From positions 87,420,001-87,484,000 of the forward strand of contig OZ024743.1 of assembly GCA_964016885.1 (NCBI GenBank): 64,000 nt of DNA, read 5' to 3'. The stretch comes from Eledone cirrhosa. Lineage: Eukaryota. The position numbers and the translations under genes are program-made. Of the stretch, positions 12,323 through 26,159 are shown piece after piece; the first letter of the stretch is position 1, and each line of letters starts with the position of its first letter. Below the pieces are notes generated by a model. The model made no database searches. It worked only from the letters and a program-made list of their open reading frames with translations, and was not told the DNA's origin.

Positions 12323-13089
12323 TATATATATATATATACATGGTATTGTTAGAACAGCAGTAGCCTGGCTGAACTTATCAAGGGGTAATTCCATATATGG
12401 GCATGCAATGAGAGCGTTGCAGTAATATCGTGTCAAACAGTTCTCAAAGTTGTTTTTCAATCACAGGGAGTGGTCAAAGATTTGTAAACACAGTTAAATT
12501 CCTTCATAGCGACGGGTGAGGTGGCTGGACTTGCCTGTAGAACAAGGGGAGGGAGAAAGATGACATTCTGACATGTGGATGTAGGCGGGTCACACGTTAA
12601 GAGGGAATTATATACAGCTATCTCTAAAGGGGATGGAATCTATGATAAACAAAGAAATCGTAGAATTAAGTGTTGGCCAGGAAGCAGAGCAAATATAATT
12701 TAATACCAAATTCCAAAATAATAAAATTTAGTTATTGGTTCATCCAAAACACTAGAACATCATCTCAGTGGTAATTTAACAATAATAACGTCCGTAATGA
12801 TGCACCCCCCCCCCCAAAAAAAAAGAAAAGAGAAAACACCGGCTATATTTTCAGCCAGTGCTATTTAGATGTAACAGGAGTGGAAATACTAGGGTTAATC
12901 TAAGGAAGAATGAAGCTGAATATAAGCGATGGGCCGCCTAAGTGTAAAGGAGTGTGCAACTAACGAAGAAGAAAAGAAAAGTAAGAGGAGAAAGAGGGGA
13001 AGGAAGTAAGAAAAAAGAAGAAAGAAAAATTATTACTTCTACCTAAGTATGCTGGGGTTTCTTCTATCTTAGTCGGTAAATAGTAAAAG

Positions 13090-13735
13090 ATGTTACAGCC
13101 GAGGTCTACCCACCAGGGTCGTGAGGGGGTTTGAAAGTAAGGTATGTCCTACGCATTCTGTGTTTACATGCGGTAACGAGTTCATCTTTTTTGTTTAAGA
13201 GTTGGTCCTTAACAAACAACTTTTGGATCGTTTCCTCCGAGCATAAATTACACGGACGCTGTCCTCCCGAGTAAGAGTTTGCCTTGGAAAGTATGCTCCA
13301 ACTTAGATGGTAGGTGATGTTATTGTCGTGGAGGTCCCAAATATGGCCCGAAAGTGCTGTTGCGTGTCGCCCGGCCAGGTTTCTAAACGTATGTCGGTGT
13401 TGGTAATATCGGATCTTAAAATCGCAGGCGGTTAATCCGTCCTCACATTGCACTGGTAGACCATGTTATGTTCTCGGCATCTGTTGTTGAGTGGGCACGA
13501 TGATCTATCCGGACAGTTACACCAACTAGTCTGCTCTCCACTAATATCATGGTTACTTCTTCTGTTAGAGAGGAGTTTTTGTTGATTGAAGAAGCGATGT
13601 TTTGTGCAAAGTTGGGTGTAGTGCTGTAGGAAAGTTTGACGGTGTTTCTGTTGATGATATTGTGGTAGCGGTGTTGTGGTGGGAAGTGTTTGTCGAGGAG
13701 TCTAAAAAAGATCTTCCCAATTCATGTTGCAACCT

Positions 13736-13740
<5 letters not shown>
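13090..13740 (-). mobile_element. Penelope-like (Naiad-type) GIY-YIG fragment
   Basis: CNCPDRSSCPLNNRC..NMVYQC; FKIRYYQH..TALSGHIWDL..WSILSKA..CNLCSEE..LLNKKDEL..CKH. Confidence 0.8.
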
Positions 13741-13828
<88 letters not shown>

Positions 13829-13895
13829 TACATACATACATTCCTATGTATATACACGCACTCTCACTCACATATATGTCAGGAAGTTTATATAT

Positions 13896-13968
<73 letters not shown>

Positions 13969-14452
13969 AGTATGTAAGTAAGTGCCATACTAAGAGTGAG
14001 AAATGAAATTTCGTTTTCATTTTTTTCAACTTATATATATATATATATATATATATAATGCGTAGAAATATCCATGATCCCCAGGAGACAACTGATGAAG
14101 AAAAATTGGTAAAAGGAATTATTTTGAAAGAAAAAAAAAAGCAAGTAATGATAAAGCAACATATACAACAAACTAAGCTAAATAACTGTTTAGAGCACAC
14201 ATACCTGGAGATGAAAGCATTCTCTCAAATTTTATTTTGGCTTTTTTTAAAGAACAGATTTAGGAATCCCTTCTGTCAGCAATAGAATCCAGTCTCTTTC
14301 TCGCTGACTGTCTGTCTATCTGAATGTGTGTGTGTCCGTCTGATTGTTGCGACAAAGAGACACCGCCCCGCCCTAAGCATAGAGCCTATCACATCTTTAT
14401 TTCCTTCCCTCGCTCTTATATTTTTACGTATATGTATATATATATATATATT

Positions 14453-14531
<79 letters not shown>

Positions 14532-14539
14532 AGAAAATT

Positions 14540-14760
14540 GGAAGTAGTTTCAGATGTTAAAGTCCTTTAATGATAATACTGGGATACATATTTCAATGAC
14601 GACTCAATTTGGATTGCCTCGGGAACATAACCTTATTATGTAAGAAGCTGTCTGCTGATGTCACGGCACTGGGTACACGGAAGCGTGTGGCCACTGTCGT
14701 CATTGAAATATGTATCGTAGCATTACTATTAAAGGACTTTAACATCTGAAAGTACTTCGC
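14540..14760. repeat. Imperfect inverted repeat, Penelope-end-like
   Basis: TTTCAGATGTTAAAGTCCTTTAAT..ATTTCAATGACGAC is mirrored by GTCGTCATTGAAAT..ATTAAAGGACTTTAACATCTGAAA. Confidence 0.75.
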
Positions 14761-14849
14761 ATTTTTTTAATTCTAAATATACTCCGTCACTTATATGTGG
14801 AAAAAGGATGTTGAGTGCTTGAAATGTATTGCATCAATGTTTACCTTAA

Positions 14850-14920
<71 letters not shown>

Positions 14921-15457
14921 AAAAATGGAGTACTGCGTGGTTGCACAGGGCTTACATATGAATAAAATTAGTCCTTCATCAGTGATCTTCCAACCTTCAT
15001 TGGTATTTCATTGCTTTAAAAATCATATACCTCTGGTTGGTGCGAGCAATAACTAAATAAAGTTATTGGGACAAGTAAAATAGCGTGAAGCGAGCGAAAC
15101 ATGTAAACAAACAAAGATGGTATTGCAACGGAAAGATAGGAAGAGACAAGTACATGATATCTATAAGCTTAAGCTTGGTGAATTCATGGACGAGAGATAC
15201 AGACCATCCGACATGGGTGAGATGTGAGCGAGAAAAGGGTTTCACACAGGTCAAACGGAAGGAAGTGAGAGAGGGGGAGAAGCAGTGAGTGAGTGGAAGT
15301 GTGAGGAAGAGGTCAGCCGAGAGAGAGTGTGACTGGCAGCGGGGGTAAAAAGAAGGTGAGAGATACAGAGAGAGGGGAAGCAATAAGAAAGAAACAGACA
15401 ATCGCATCTGAGGAAAAAATATAAATATAAGAAAAATGGAGTGCTGCGTGGTTGCAC

Positions 15458-15500
<43 letters not shown>

Positions 15501-15749
15501 AGATTGAACTGAGTTTTAAACTAGTTAGACCATTATTCAACAGAGTACTCGATACTTGGGATAGTAGAGTATGACTATATTAGAAAGAGTCGGGGCCCGA
15601 TGGCTGAGCTTTTTCTGTTTTAACAGCTAGTTCCAGACAGCGTTTGGTCAACTGGCCGTTTCATTAGAGGCTTAGCTTGTTAATATATGGGTAAAGGTTC
15701 TTTATAGGATGTTAAAGAAAAGTTTTAGAATGAATTGATTATGTTTTAA

Positions 15750-16410
15750 TGGGATCCGTAATGGAAGGGAATGCCGAACGCAGATCCTGCATTACTTTGA
15801 TGATTTTTTAAAGAACTTTGGGAGAGGGCTCCAACACTGATGCCATATATCTTCATTTCAGCAAGGCCTTTGACTGGGTTGATTCCAACATTCTACTAAA
15901 AAAACTATCCAACTTTTGTGCCTCTAGAAAGTTACTGCAATGGATCAAGTGTTTCCTGACAGACAGAGCCCAACATGTTGTAGTCGAAGGAGTGCAATCA
16001 AGCCCAGCCAAAGTCAGTAGTGGCGTTCCAAAAGTCACTGTATTGGGTCCACTTGTTTTCATTATATATATCAATGACATTACTGGCGTCATCAAGCACA
16101 GCAACATAAGAATCTTTGCAGATGATTCCAAGCCCCAGAAGTGGGATTCCAAGCTCCAATGAAATGGGAGACCGGACATGCCTTCAATCAGATCTACTTG
16201 CTGTTATCCAATACGCGAAAAAAAAATGTTGCTGAACGAGGATTAATTTGAATTAATCCACGTTGAAAAAGGGAATACACTGAGAATGCACTGAAACTCT
16301 CATATTCCCTTCCCTCAGGTGAAACCCTCGTGGCACCCAACAACATCAGAGACGTGGGAGTAATTATCGATAGCAACATAAGCTGGGCAACTCATATAAA
16401 CAGCAAAGTG
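15750..16410 (+). mobile_element. CR1/L2/Jockey-group LINE RT fragment
   Basis: DAIYLHFSKAFD, SGVPKVTVLGPLVFIIYINDI, IFADD. Confidence 0.85.
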
Positions 16411-16718
16411 GCGGCGCAAGCTTGTTTATGTATGTGAGTGTGCGCGCATTTTATGTGTCTGTATGTTTCATTACTTATGTGGGGATGGGTGACATGGAAG
16501 AATTGTATGATTAATAAACACCCTAGTATATCCTTATTTGAAACGGCAAGAGCTCAGCCGTCGGGCCCCGACTCTTGGTAATATATATATTATATATATA
16601 TGATTAATCGTCTCCTCGGAATACCACAGAGACTCTCCCACACCCCCCTCTCTCTCTCTCCCCCTCTCTCTCACACACACACTTTCTCTCTCTCTCTCTC
16701 TCACACACACTCTCTCTC

Positions 16719-16779
<61 letters not shown>

Positions 16780-16877
16780 ATATATATATACATATAAATA
16801 CATACACATATATATCTGTATATATACATATAAATACATACATATATATAAATATATTTACATACATATATACATAT

Positions 16878-17105
16878 TTATTATAAAATAACAGGAGGCT
16901 GGACTGGTGTAATTCCTTAAAGGTTTATTATACTATGATCATTTCAATGACCGGGTTCAGTATGAATCCGGTGACATCATCAGGTATTCGAAATATAACA
17001 TGTGATGTCACCGGATTCATACTGAACCCGGTCATTGAAATGATCATAGTATAATAAACCTTTAAGGAATTACACCAGTCCAGCCTCCTGTTATTTTATA
17101 ATAAT
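16878..17105. repeat. Perfect long hairpin (~100-bp arms) of Penelope-type termini
   Basis: TTATTATAAAATAACAGGAGG..GTGACATCA and its exact reverse complement flank a ~23-nt spacer. Confidence 0.92.
16930..16987 (-). ncRNA. Type I minimal hammerhead ribozyme (Penelope type)
   Basis: Reverse strand reads ATAC-CTGATGA-[tgtcaccgg..ccggtcatt]-GAAA-TGATCA-TA-GTAT: intact core, palindromic stem III, 4-bp stem I. Confidence 0.7.
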
Positions 17106-17662
17106 TAACTCTGTACTCTGGGGGGGGGGGGGGTACACTGCCCCCCTCGGAGGGGGGCGTTTGGAGCAAGAGGGAGTTAGGGGGGCATTTGAAGATGGGG
17201 GGGGGGGGGGCGGGCTGGAAACCCCTTCAGTTTGGTAAGTTTTATAAGTACGTCTCTTAGACAGCCAGTGTGAATGCATTTGAATGAAGAAAATAAATAA
17301 AAGAAGCTTGTCAACGAATTCCCTAGGGAGATAAAAGAAATCAAAGAAAATGAACATAAGGACGTCAACTGTGACAACAGTTACAAGAACTTCAACAGAA
17401 ATGACAACAAAAAGAAGCAATGGTGATGAAAGGTGTGGGTGTATACATACATATACATATGAACATGCATACGTATATACATACATACATTCACACACAC
17501 ACACATATATACACACACAGGCCTGCGTTAGTGTTTGATGAGGTTGAGAATCTGGTGATCTTTCAGCCAGAGGTGTGGTATTTAATATCCCGAGGTAATA
17601 AAATCTGGAGACAGAATTTTCTCCGTACCAAAAACAAACAAACATAAATAATCATGTCAACA

Positions 17663-17762
17663 TCCTTACACACTTAAATATAAATGCATGTATATATACA
17701 AATGTATAAATGCATAGCTATATACATACGTAAATGTATGTATGTATATATGATGTATGTAG

Positions 17763-17830
<68 letters not shown>

Positions 17831-17928
17831 CTACATACATACATATATACATACATACATTTACGTATGTATATAGCTATGCATATATACATTTGTATAT
17901 ATACATGCATTTATATTTAAGTGTGCAA

Positions 17929-17930
<2 letters not shown>
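17663..17930. repeat. Palindrome centred on (TA)n
   Basis: ~100-bp arms (CCTTACACACTTAAATATAAATGCATG.. / ..CATGCATTTATATTTAAGTGTGCAAGG) flank a TA tract. Confidence 0.85.
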
Positions 17931-17992
<62 letters not shown>

Positions 17993-18028
17993 GTGTGTGT
18001 GTGTGTGTAATATATATATATATAGTAT

Positions 18029-18066
<38 letters not shown>

Positions 18067-18310
18067 GCGCAGTGTGACAAGAATCTTGCTTCCCAACCAC
18101 ATATTTCTGGGTTCAGTCCCACTGCCCGGGCCGACCAAAGCCCTGCGAGTGGATTTGATAGACCGAAACTAAAAGAAGCCCATATATGTATATATGTATA
18201 TATGTCTGTGTATGTCTTTGCGTTTGTGTTTGCCCTCCCACCAATGTTTGTTGGTTTGTTGACGTCCCTATAACTTACCAAGGTGATGCTCTAGCATGGG
18301 CGTAGTCCAG
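18067..18310 (+). mobile_element. tRNA-derived SINE fragment
   Basis: GCTTCCCAACCAC..GGGTTCAGTCCCACTG B-box-like head. Confidence 0.55.
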
Positions 18311-18459
18311 AGACAGAAAAAAGTAAAGTATATATGTGTGTGTGTACAGAAAAGGGGTCTCAAACTCAAGGACACAAAAGGGCCATTACGTCCTGGAGGA
18401 GAGGCACAGTGGGCCAAACGTGGTGGTGGGTGAATATTTTCACCAGTTATAATCATTTC

Positions 18460-18660
18460 TACTATAGGAACAAGGCATGAAATTTTGGGTTTAGGGTTCA
18501 GTCGATTACATCGATCCTAGTACACAACTGGTACTTAATTCATTGACCCCAAAAGGATGTATGGCAAAGTTGAGATCGGCGGAATTTGAACTCAGAACGT
18601 AAAAACGGAAGTAGCGCTAAGCATTTCGCCAGATGTGCTAACGATTCCACCAGCTCGACG
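18460..18660 (-). mobile_element. tRNA-derived SINE
   Basis: Reverse strand GAGCTGGTGGAATCGTTAGCA..GAGTTCAAATTCCGCCGA..AAGTACCAGT, the same family as 27875 and 46233. Confidence 0.7.
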
Positions 18661-18876
18661 CATTATTTTCGCCAGTTATAATGCAATCTAAAATATTGGT
18701 TCTACCACGGGCCATAGAAAAGTAGTTCGCGGGCCGCATGTTTGAGCCCCCTGTTGGAGATAGATAGATAGATATCTTTCTTATAGATAGATAGATGATA
18801 TATAGATAGATAGACGTGTACCAAACACACACACACATTTCTTACTCTCTCTCTGTCCCTCCCTCTTTCTCTCTTC

Positions 18877-18930
<54 letters not shown>

Positions 18931-18932
<2 letters not shown>

Positions 18933-20340
18933 TATGAATAAAGAGTTCAAAACTCAGGCAGTCGTTTACAATGAAATAGCTCAAATAAAGAAGTATTTCT
19001 GAGCCGTGTAATACAAGATAATATAAATTAATATATATGATAAACACAGATACCAACATATCAGTGTTTGTATTGTAAATGACTAAGTTAGCTAGATTGA
19101 AAAATACTAATTATAATAATACAGTTTGCCTGTCTCGATTTAAAATAATAAATCAATAAAAACAAACCATATTGGCAAATAGCCGTGGTACTTAGACAAA
19201 TTTAAATTTCAAAATCAAACCTGTTCCGTAGATAAGTTTAAACTTTAAAATCCAAATATGTTTCGATAAATGAAAAAGTGAAAAAGGTGAAAAAATACCA
19301 CAATCAGATCTCCTCAGTAAGTACCCTGAAAAATTGGTATGTTTCACTTTAAAATATTTAAAAAGACTGATTAACGCACATGGTTTGTCAGTTTCTAGCT
19401 GCCGCATACTCGTGCTGCTAGAAATAACAGCCGTTTATATGGGGCTAAAGTTAGCTCAACATAAGGAGCAGTGATACTATGAATAAAGAGTTCAAAACTC
19501 AGGCAGTCGTTTACAATGAAATAGCTCAAAGAAAGAAGTATTTCTGAGCCGTGTAATACAAGATAATATAAATTAATATATATGATAAACACAGATACCA
19601 ACATATCAGTGTTTGTATTGTAAATGACTAAGTTAGCTAGATTGAAAAATACTAATTATAATAATACAGTTTGCCTGTCTCGATTTAAAATAATAAATCA
19701 ATAAAAACAAACCATATTGGCAAATAGCCGTGGTACTTAGACAAATTTAAATTTCAAAATCAAACCTGTTCCGTAGATAAGTTTAAACTTTAAAATCCAA
19801 ATATGTTTCGATAAATGAAAAAGTGAAAAAGGTGAAAAAATACCACAATCAGATCTCCTCAGTAAGTACCCTGAAAAATTGGTATGTTTCACTTTAAAAT
19901 ATTTAAAAAGACTGATTAACGCACATGGTTTGTCAGTTTCTAGCTGCCGCATACTCGTGCTGCTAGAAATAACAGCCGTTTATATGGGGCTAAAGTTAGC
20001 TCAACATAAGGAGCAGTGATACTATGAATAAAGAGTTCAAAACTCAGGCAGTCGTTTACAATGAAATAGCTCAAAGAAAGAAGTATTTCTGAGCCGTGTA
20101 ATACAAGATAATATAAATTAATATATATGATAAACACAGATACCAACATATCAGTGTTTGTATTGTAAATGACTAAGTTAGCTAGATTGAAAAATACTAA
20201 TTATAATAATACAGTTTGCCTGTCTCGATTTAAAATAATAAATCAATAAAAACAAACCATATTGGCAAATAGCCGTGGTACTTAGACAAATTTAAATTTC
20301 AAAATCAAACCTGTTCCGTAGATAAGTTTAAACTTTAAAA
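18931..20340. repeat. Tandem array, 545-bp unit, ~2.6 near-identical copies
   Basis: ACTATGAATAAAGAGTTC recurs at 18931, 19476 and 20021, and the ORF translations repeat identically. Confidence 0.95.
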
Positions 20341-21231
20341 CCGGGGAATATACAGGCTTTATATACCTGTCGCTTTCTGTCTCCCACCTCGAGGGGATAG
20401 CCCACGCATGAACCTGTTCACACCAAAAGGGTGGTGACCTAGAGTTTGACCTTTAGGTGTCAACGAAGGTTCAAGACGTCGACAGATTTCGCTACATTAG
20501 TTCCCTACCCAAATCGATGCAGGAGCAGCGATCGATTATAAACATGGTAGCGAAATCTGATTCCAGAAACGTGTCCCAAAACACACAAAATCTGGGTACT
20601 GCGCCCGCATTTCGAGTGCAGAGAAATTTGGAGAGAGAAAAAAAAAATATCGTATAGCTGTGTATGCATGTGTGTGTGTGTGAAACATTTAGAAGAAACT
20701 GTAAATATACAAAGTTGTGATCATGTATTTCGAACTGTTGTATATGGATGGATGGATGTTGGGGTTACGGTATCGGATTATGATATGATAACACAGAGGA
20801 CTATTTCTCTCGATGTATCATCATACGTAAGATTCTCTTCTAGTGAGTCGAGGTTTACGCTAAGACATGAGTGTATGCAATTTTGAGTTGCGAGCCTGAG
20901 TGAGTCCAGGCGTGTAGTACCCGTGGGTTGTTTCTCATGTGTTTAATAGCTGTTGCCGAACCTCGACCCGTTGAAACGTGATCTCGAAGAGACCCAACCG
21001 AATCCAGAATATACCATAGACAAAAACATGTTGGTGTGTTATAAAGCAAATTATGTGTGTTTGATGCAAAACGTGTATATTCACACAGGCATATAATACA
21101 GTAAAAAAATTAAAAGTTTTTTAAATATTTATATAGTTGTTCTTTACAAAAAGTTCAGTTTTCTTTTCGTTATGTGATCGTTTTCTTGCTAGGAAGCTAG
21201 TAGTATTGTCTGTTGTTGTTGTTGTTGGAGA

Positions 21232-24007
21232 TTACAAACCACGTGGTGAAGTGTTTGGTAATATACCCCATCCCGGATTACGGATGGAATCAACGACAAT
21301 GTTGTAGGCTTGTTTTTGATCCATTAGAAGTTTTAGTTCATTTTCTTCAACATACCTTTTGAGTTCGTCGACATCATATGGCGTTTCACGTATAATGACG
21401 TTGGGAATGTCAAATGGCGCATCTCGAAGTGTTTGCGGAAGCCCATATTTCTCCAAGACATCTCCGCCCATTGAAGCCGCTCTGTCTTCAATATCGATCA
21501 GAGCTCTGTTATATATAGCGTCTGAAAAGCCGACATCTAAGTTTGGAGATTGCAATTGAGCGAGACGCCTACATTCGCCTGCGAAATCATCTTTGAACTT
21601 TTGCCATAAAGAGTAAGGATCGCTCAATTCACTGACGTGCAAGAGGATAGCAAAAAGTGCCCTTAGACTACGGGATGAGTGTGAGATGGAGCTTCCGTCA
21701 AGGTTGCATCCCATTGTGCGTCATCTTCTAAAAGTCCACGCTTCAAGCAAGCTTCCCTGTACGTTCCGCAGGCGTATCCATCGACGGTTATCAGATGAGT
21801 GAAGCTGGTCGGCCCTCTTATCTCATGAAGCAGAAGTCGCAGGTAAAAGCATTCGTGTTGGGTAGGGTGGACCGTATAAACTCGCCCAAGGCAATTATCG
21901 AATTTGATGCCTGGATGTCCAACCACCTCTTGCCCTACCTTCCTTCGTAGCCATTTTGTCCGGTTCCATGTATAGTAAGACGGTATTTCAGAATACAGCA
22001 GAGTTCGAGCGAAGTAGTCGTGTTGACAAAGTTTGAAAAAAGCGGTGAGTGTAGTTTCCTTTTGTGAGATCGCTAGTTGAGAAGCTGTTGCATCGTTGAA
22101 ATACACCCGTTGACCGTTTTCAAGGTGAACGGCAAGTTGTTTAATGACGGGGTGTCGTTGGTGCAGTGGGAAGCCAAAAATGCGCCAAAAGGCTTCATTG
22201 TTGCTAATGTATCGGCCTGCTTGGTAGTCAGATACCTCGTCTCTACTGTTTTCATGACGAAGACCAAAGACGGCAGCATCCGATCCCTTGTTTACGTACT
22301 TACAAACGTATTTAATTGATTTTACTGAGTTGCAAAATTCGATGTTTATATGGGCGTTGAACGCTTTCAAAAGGAGGGGGCAATATGGCACTATCCAGCT
22401 GTTGTCGATTTCGCGTTCACCAACTTTTGCTGTGAACCCACCGTCTTCAGGTCTCCTGCGCCTATACAACGGATATCTGTCACCGCCAGTCTGTGTTTCC
22501 TGTAAAAACGGCTTGGGGTGTTTTGTACACTTTCCGTCGTGTATGCACGGGGACTTCATATATTGAGTCCATGTCCGCAAGGACCATGGACCATGTTTAT
22601 GTGACTATAGAGAAGAGGTCCTTGTCAATCGACGGATCGGGTAGTTTGGCTGAAATGAATTTGTCGATGTAGTTTGAACTGATTTTTGTAACCAACCAAA
22701 TCAAGATATGGGCATGCGGCAGCCCTCGTTTCTGCCATTCAATCATCGCACCCGACAGGCCCCAAAACCTGTCCTTTCTTTAATAAATCCATTAATTTGG
22801 ATAATTTCTGGCGAAACACTCTTGCTATGAGATCGTGCATGTGTCTTGGCGCTTGACCGTGGAACAGTTCGTTTGTAATCTCCTTCCACTTGGGATTGCA
22901 TGTAAACGTTATGAAAAGGTCGGGGCGCCCATAATGTCGTACGTAAGTCATGGCGTCCTGAGTCCTCTCGTGCATGTATCGGGGTCCCCATGTGAACGTT
23001 GCAGGCAAAATACACACTTGCCCTAAATTGTCTGGGGATACGTCGTTGTTAATTCCATCGCGTAGATGAATGTAGCATTCAGATCGAAGTTTCTTTTGAT
23101 TTAATTTAATGAACCATAATCTCTCGGACTCCATTTTAACGGCCATATCAACAACAAATTGTTGGAAAAGGTCCGGAGAACGGTGTAGATGGTTGAATGA
23201 ATTGTCCCTTAATCGGAAAGCGTAGAAATCCATGCATGTGTCAGTTTTGCTAAGATGTGCCTCACCATTGCCTGCCGAATGTTGAGGAATGCCGAAATGG
23301 TATCCGTCCTCGCCGTTGACAAATAGCAATGAATACTGGAGTGCATCGTAGGACCTGTGTGTCTCAGTGATACGCTGTAATGTGCTGTCTCGGTGCTTTA
23401 GAAGGATATCTCTCTTGTGCTGTTCACCACAAATAACCGCAGCAATCTCATTACATGTTGGTGCGTTGAACCAACCAGCGTGTTCTCCAGATGGCCTTCG
23501 GTCAGCATGTATGACCACACTAAAGTTTGGGTCGGTGGCTGTTTCCAAAGCGTACTTGAAACTGCGAACATAGTTGTTTTTGTCATGAAGCATTTCTTGA
23601 ACTTTTATTATGGTTTTAATGTTAATTTCGGACGAAATAGAGTTTCGCATCTCTGCCTGCTCCTGATAGTTTCCAACGAAGTATAACTGAAGAAATTGAG
23701 GATTCTTTTCTTTTCTACCAGAGGCTGAATAGACCCAATCAAGTCGTAGATCTACTCCTGGACCTTGAAAGTTGGCATGAACCCACGTTCCGAGGCAAGC
23801 TTTGCCCCGAAGGATGTCATCTGAATTGTAGCGGCGGATATTATGCAGAAACTTCCATGATTCCTCCGTCGTGTCTGTCCCTGCTTCATCGAACGGCGTG
23901 TCCGACCCTGCTTCATCGAACGGCGCGTCGTCCTTCATCTTCTTGAGCGCGAGCAGCGGCTGTTGCAGCGTCATCCCTGCTTCGTCGAACGGCACGTCGC
24001 CCTTCAT
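21232..24007 (-). pseudogene. Helitron Rep/helicase, frameshifted and truncated before the helicase core
   Basis: HRSYDALQY, LFQQFVVD, GRPDLFITFTCNPKW, EWQKRGLPHAHIL-type motif near 22700-22740, YRRR, NSWIVPYCPLL, KYVCKYVNKGSD, LAVHLENGQ, GRVYTVHP, YREAC. Confidence 0.93.
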
Positions 24008-24879
24008 CCTCTCGAGCGTTCTTTTCTTGGGGAGTGGGGAATTGTTTTTAGAAAATTAACCAAGGAGAACGATAAATAGTGGACAAATAACGTATAAGTA
24101 AGCAAATCTAAACACGGATATAAATTGTGAAAAAATGTGATAAATAATGTGGTCTGAGAAAGTGGGTATGTTTTGCAAGAATTTGTGTACCAGTCAAATT
24201 TCAGGTTTTAAGTTAGGGGCAACGCAGCGTACGGATTACGTGTGATAAAGGAAATTAAATAGTGTGGCTACAGTGGTAGGTATATAAGTGTCAGTATGTT
24301 TGTTAAGTTCGAACATAGCAATAAGTAAGTACTAACCATTGAAAGGATACAGCAAAAATGGCCGAAAAATCACAGCATGATAAACTGGAACCTTATGACC
24401 ATAAACAAATTAACTAAACCCCCTTTAAGGTGACAAATGTTGAAGAAGCATGCGTTTCAGAAACATGGGGTAGCTTATGAGAGTACACATGTAAAAAAAA
24501 CCTACCACTTGTCAAAAGCCAAAAAAAGAAGTGTGATCCTAGGTCGGACTTGACCGATATAAATAGGAGTGACTTCGCTCAATGAACAACACTCGAGTTG
24601 TCTGATTGGTTAGATAATACAAATAGGTGTGTTGAAATCTACTGAACACAACTCACTGATGTGTGGTTGGCCAGAGGTCGCCATTTCGCACTTAATTGAG
24701 GTGCAATTAAACGGGGGAGACAACTGGGTGCAAAAACTAATCAATCATTCGCACAGTTTAGGCATGAGTGTGAAATAGGACAATCCACATACAGTAGGCG
24801 TTAAAATTTACACCTGGGTTAAATCGCGCTTTCTTGGTTAGGAGTGTGAAATGCCGCCAAAGTTCAAGGAAAAAAAGGT

Positions 24880-26030
24880 AACTCCCCATTCCGCACTTAA
24901 TTGTGGTGCAATTACACGGGGGAGACAACCGGGTGCAAAATTAAATTAATTCATCCTAAAGTTAACTAAACAAACTAAAGTTAAGTCAGAGGGATTTAAA
25001 AATTCGCTACTCCATTTCTAGGACATGAGTAACCGATGCGTCAACTTTCGTTTAAATTGACTTTTATTTCCAGAAGTTGAAATGCTTTGCTGCGACCATA
25101 ATATAAACTTTAAAAGTGGTCTAAAGGGGCTCACTGTCCTCCCCAGGGGGTTCCCTTGCAAAATTCAAGTGATAACGAATGTGTGGTGCTTTATCTTATG
25201 GCAGGCAATAACCATTTCGTTTAGTTTTTGTAAGAATCAAGTATAAACACCCGAGGTTATGGTACTTTTTTATTGTGGCAGTTTGAACTTTTATAGGTTA
25301 ATGAATTGGGCTCATTGTCCCCGAGGGGTCCTCTTGCTGAATTGAAATGAAAGTAAATGTGCCTCACTGTATCTTCATCTGTAGTACATGAATAACAACT
25401 AAGTCGAAATTCATTTTATTGGACTACCAATTATATTATGCTGTATTACAATAGCCAAATTCAATAAATGACCCGCCCCCTCGGGGTCCCATTGCTTGTT
25501 CTGGGTATAGACAGTGTCTTCAACATCATCTTTAGGCAATGGGTAACCAATGTGTCCGGTAAAGTTAAAATCGAACGTAAACTTCAAAAGTTATCAGGTA
25601 CTAATACTGTATTAATGTGAACTTCAATAGATAAGTCGAAGGGGCTTACTGCCGCCCCCGCCAGGAGTCCCCTTGATAAGTTCAAGTAAAAGTTCATGTG
25701 TTCACCTTCCTTTATAAGCCATGGATAACCAATAGTCTCGCTTCGTGAAAACCAAACACCAACTCAAGCAGTTATGACGTTTTGTTACATTGATGATATC
25801 AACTTCAACATTCATCAAGTCAGTTTTCTGCCACCCAAGGGGTCCCCTACCTGAATTTCTACGCAAGTGCATGTCTGCAAATTTATTTGTAGGCCATAAG
25901 CAAACAAAAGATTAATTTTGGTGAAGATGGGAGGTAACTGCAGGAATTAAGGGGCCTTTATGCAGTAGTACTGCTGACAACAAGCGAGAGGCTTAAGGGC
26001 TTAAGGGGATTATCTGCCCCCCCCCCCCCA
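24880..26030. repeat. Degenerate ~160-180-bp tandem repeats upstream of the Helitron ORF
   Basis: A CC..GGGGTCCC-like motif recurs at ~25140, 25320, 25480, 25660 and 25835. Confidence 0.55.
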
Positions 26031-26159
26031 CACACACACACAATCGCAGATATAAATAGGACTGGACGAAGAGCTCAGAGATCAGCGAGGAACAACCAAA
26101 CAAAAGATTGTGAGACGTTGTGCAAATTACTACTGGTATGCAAATTAATTACTACTAAA

